Assembly (NCBI GenBank): GCA_009103225.1
Contig: RHPI01003488.1
Span: 257,438 to 321,437 of the forward strand
From: Chlorokybus atmophyticus
Lineage: Eukaryota > Plantae > Mesostigma and Chlorokybus algae
Direction: 5' to 3'
DNA length: 64,000 nt
In this document: positions 60,601 through 64,000 of the stretch, piece by piece
Numbering within the stretch: the stretch's first letter is position 1
Layout: each line of letters opens with the position of its first letter
Made by a program: the position numbers and the translations under genes
Notes under the pieces: model-generated
The model's database searches: none
What the model saw: only the letters and a program-made list of their open reading frames with translations
What the model was told of the DNA's origin: nothing

Positions 60601-62871
60601 GTCTGCGGAAGCATCGTGGAAGAGGTGAGGCGGCATGCGCGCACGCAATGGCCTGTTTTGGTGTCAGCATCTGTTAGAGTTTTTTCCGCATGTTTTGTGG
60701 ACAAACTGCAGCTGATATACAACCTGCTATGCAGCTTGTCCGAGCAGTTTGGCGTGCCGCAAGACCAGTGTGTTGCACTACTGCTCTTCCCTTATGGCTC
60801 AGAAAAAGAGCACGCAGATCCAGAGGTATGCATGGTTTGGTTTTTGCTCACTTTTCTGTAGGCACCCTGAATGTGATGCAATGCAGCGCTGGTCAGTAGC
60901 TTCACTTGCTCTGCATTTCAACACATAGCAGATTTGCTGTTGTGGTTGTCTTTCACCACCAACTGCTCTTTCAGGGCTTCTCTGGCGAGCTCACCGGCAA
61001 GGCTTTGTCCAAGTTTGCACTCGAAGCTCTTCCATCCTTCGTTACCATCATCAATGCCGAGGCGTTCGAGCCATACTTTGCCAGCGGTCCGCTTCTACCC
61101 AGGGTACATGTTAAGCAAAGGTCTCTACATTTGTACCTTGGTGGACACTGCTTCCAATCCTTGTGCTGGTCTTTTGTTGTTTGTGCAGGTGTTTTTGTTC
61201 ACGGAGAAAGAGGAAACACCCGGCATCTATAAGGCACTGGCGGTGAACTTGCGCGACAAGTTTGGGTTTGCACAGGTGCGTGGGTGTGTTTGAATGGAAG
61301 GTATAATGATGGGTGTCACTTACTTACTGCTGAGTTTTCCCTGATAGGTGCACAAAGATGAGGAGAATATCATCACATCACTTAGCATCACCAAGTTTCC
61401 AAGTGTAGTGATTATTGCACCGATGCCTTCTTCGGACGGCAAAACCATGCAGTTGGGTGTGCAACCATACACCGGTCCCATCAAGTACATGAACCTGTAC
61501 GCTTGGTTATCCCAGGTAATCAGATACCAATTGTGGAATTGCTCCTGAACGTGTGCTTCCTGCACAACACGCAAATGCGTGAGCATGAGTGCTCAACCAG
61601 CTGTCTGGTGTGATAGATGGCTGCTAGCTTTGCACCAAAAGAGGCTGCAGAAAGCCGAGCAGGAGTAGCTGTTGAGATTGATACACAAGCGCAATTCACT
61701 CAAGCGTGCCATAATAAGGGAGGGTAAGCATGCCGAGTTGCCTTGACGCCTGAATTGTAGCAATGTCAATCAACGATTCGCGCAGGCTCTGCATAGTTGG
61801 GTTTCTGGACGCACAACATGAAGACTACAAGCGTCAAATAGAGGAACTCCAGCGGTTTGCGCAAAAGCGTGCAACAGGACCAGTGAACATGCTCTGGGTG
61901 GATGCTTCGCGACAGGTATGACTGTTGCATATGCTCTTGATGCCAACAAAGTTTTGTTGTGCTGTGTGCTGCACTTACGTGATGCGCTCAACTAAGGCTG
62001 CACAAACACGGATGATCGCAGGCCACTTTTGCCAGCGGATTTGGCATTCAACCAACAGAGCTGCCTACTGTAGTTGTGCTGAGGTACATTGTCATCTCCT
62101 GAAGTCATGTTGACTAGGTCGGGATTATCGGTGGCTTGTATGCGAGCGCTGATAGCACGCTGTGCCAACCTTGTGCATCATACGCCAGTGCATGTCCATG
62201 CTGCTTACTCCCTGTCTGACTTGCTGTCAGCCCACGGAAGCAAGTGTATGCTAAGCTGCGCGGCCAGTTCTCCGCAGCCAGTATGGAAGCCCTGTTGGAC
62301 AGTGCCTTATCACCCAAGGCCGGCAAGATCAGCCTGCTTCAACTTCAGGTAACAACTTGCGCATTCCTGGCTTGGGTTCGTTTTGGTGTTGTTGATGGAG
62401 TCATAATCTTTACTGAACGCTCGTAGGATATCCCGGTTATAATGGATGGAGGAGAAGATGCGTCAGCCCAAGCAGAGGAAATTGTAGAGGTGCTTTTTAC
62501 GTCATATCCAGCATGCCGCAGCTGCATATTGAGTTCGTTGCGCTCATTGTCATTGCGCTGTTGCAGGAGGAATTCAGTCTGGATGACATCATGGGCGAGA
62601 CTCTTGAACACGATGATGTATTGGTGACCAAAAGCGCTCGCATTGCTGAGGTGAGTGCTGCTCTCTTGTGACTTGTACAAGATGCTTGCTGAGTGATGAA
62701 GTGTGCTGAGGTGCAGCTTACAATTGGTGCTGGTTTCAGGTTGAAAGGCAGCTGGCAGAAGAGGCAGAAGAGGAGGCACGCAAAGCAGAAGAGCTGGCTG
62801 CGGCGCAGAAGAAGAGTAAGCCTTTCAAGAAAAAGAAGAAGAAGAAGGCTGCTGCCAAGGATGAGCTGTAG
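57671..62871 (+). CDS. ER protein disulfide isomerase-family protein (P5/PDIA6-related tail): one CGHC site, several non-catalytic thioredoxin folds, KDEL; about 25 exons
   Basis: Signal peptide [61 protein letters not shown]; later domains lack CxxC; C-terminus EEFSLDDIMG...KKKKKKAAAKDEL*. Confidence 0.9.
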
Positions 62872-63982
62872 TTTGCTGCTAGCGACAACGCTTTCTGAAA
62901 GGTGGAACAGCATTACATTCTTACCTGTGCAATTTTGTCCCAGTTTGCACAACGACCCCAGCTTGCTGATCTGTAACATGTCGTGTTGGCGCTAGGATTG
63001 TGATTAACATAAGTAAGAGCATAATACACCGGAGCAAAGCATAGGTGTAAGAATCCAGCGGCCAACGATGCTCAGCAGTACAAATCATCAGTATTCAACA
63101 ACCTCATAACGCCAACCACTCTACCACCTATAGCCTGTCGGGGCTGTTAACCTACGCAAATGTGTGTTGAGTAGAGGTGTGAGCAGTGGGCTTACCAGCA
63201 TGCATCATGTGTACATGGTGTGTTTTGATTGTCTCCTACTAACGTCTGGTGCATTTATGGCAGCATCTGTGTTAGGTGACTAATACTCGAAATACGATAC
63301 TGCAGCACCTAAAATGGCATTCTGGCATGCCAGATTATTGCAATTAGGCCCTACACCAGCCTAGGCTTCAGTAATCCTACTTCAACCCACCAGCACTTGC
63401 AAGCATAAGGTGTAATACTGACTGTGCTCAGCCCTGATGTCAACAACAGACGCTAGCACAGACAACGCATACAGCCCATGTGGGCAGGTGACCATTGTAC
63501 TATGTGCATGCTGTCTGAGCTAACGGGGTAGGGGTTAGTGAGTTAGGTAGTAGCTAGCAGTAGCCCGGTGGTATGAAGTATTAGCGTGCCATTGTTGACA
63601 TTGCATGCTGCATGTTGTGCATGACAGTGCATTTTGTGTTTGTCACCATGCATGCGGCTACCCAGCATACTATCTCTTATATACACGGGCACTTCCATAT
63701 GCACTCACACTGTCACGCACACGCGCATACATGCAAACATTGGCACTATTATACATGCACTCGCGCACATGCACACGCACGCGCACACGCACTCGCACAC
63801 AGACTACACGCCAACAATGCTACTGTACAAGCTGGTGTTTAGGAGTGTGCGATGACACCGACTGTCATACGCCCCAAGCACTCAAGCCATAGAGCACCAT
63901 AGCTGCGGGACAGCACTGCGCGCAATGCTGCGCTCTGCACTGCAGCAACAAGGGGGGGGGGACAGTGAGAAAAGGGTTACAG

Positions 63983-64000
63983 CAGAGAGAGAGAGAGAGA
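63983..64000. repeat. (GA)n microsatellite at the window end
   Basis: Direct reading. Confidence 0.85.

Noticed and set aside
1-64000. tRNA, rRNA, CRISPR or prokaryotic operon features
   Set aside because: None was recognised. The only bacterial-type gene (SepF) is intron-containing and flanked by eukaryotic genes, so it is not contamination.

Overview
Eukaryotic nuclear DNA with spliced genes. The host is probably a green-lineage alga, most likely an early streptophyte; this is inferred from a plastid-targeted SepF, a plant-type GH51, a class-B LPAAT and Osser/TOC-type retroelements. About 1-34 kb is a nested retrotransposon graveyard. It holds a decayed DIRS/PAT-like tyrosine-recombinase element with split direct repeats and a near-intact Ty1/copia with a half-tRNAiMet PBS inserted in a related solo LTR. 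It also holds two gag-only copia derivatives, a degenerate chromovirus with a perfect TSD, and two decaying paralogues of a secreted Sib-like/Pro-rich/EGF/PAN gene that each carry a captured LPAAT 3' end. About 34-63 kb is gene-dense, with three head-to-head pairs (membrane protein/SepF, CHIP/LPAAT, C2HC zinc-finger protein/PDI-family KDEL protein), a GH51 arabinofuranosidase and an unresolved 4.5-kb block. The most notable items are the nuclear cyanobacterial-type SepF, the Sib-like adhesion-protein paralogues, a possible methyltransferase-like domain in the chromovirus, C-to-G skew flips inside exons, and frequent GC-AG introns. All gene models were assembled by eye from splice signals; family assignments are from recalled motifs, not database searches.
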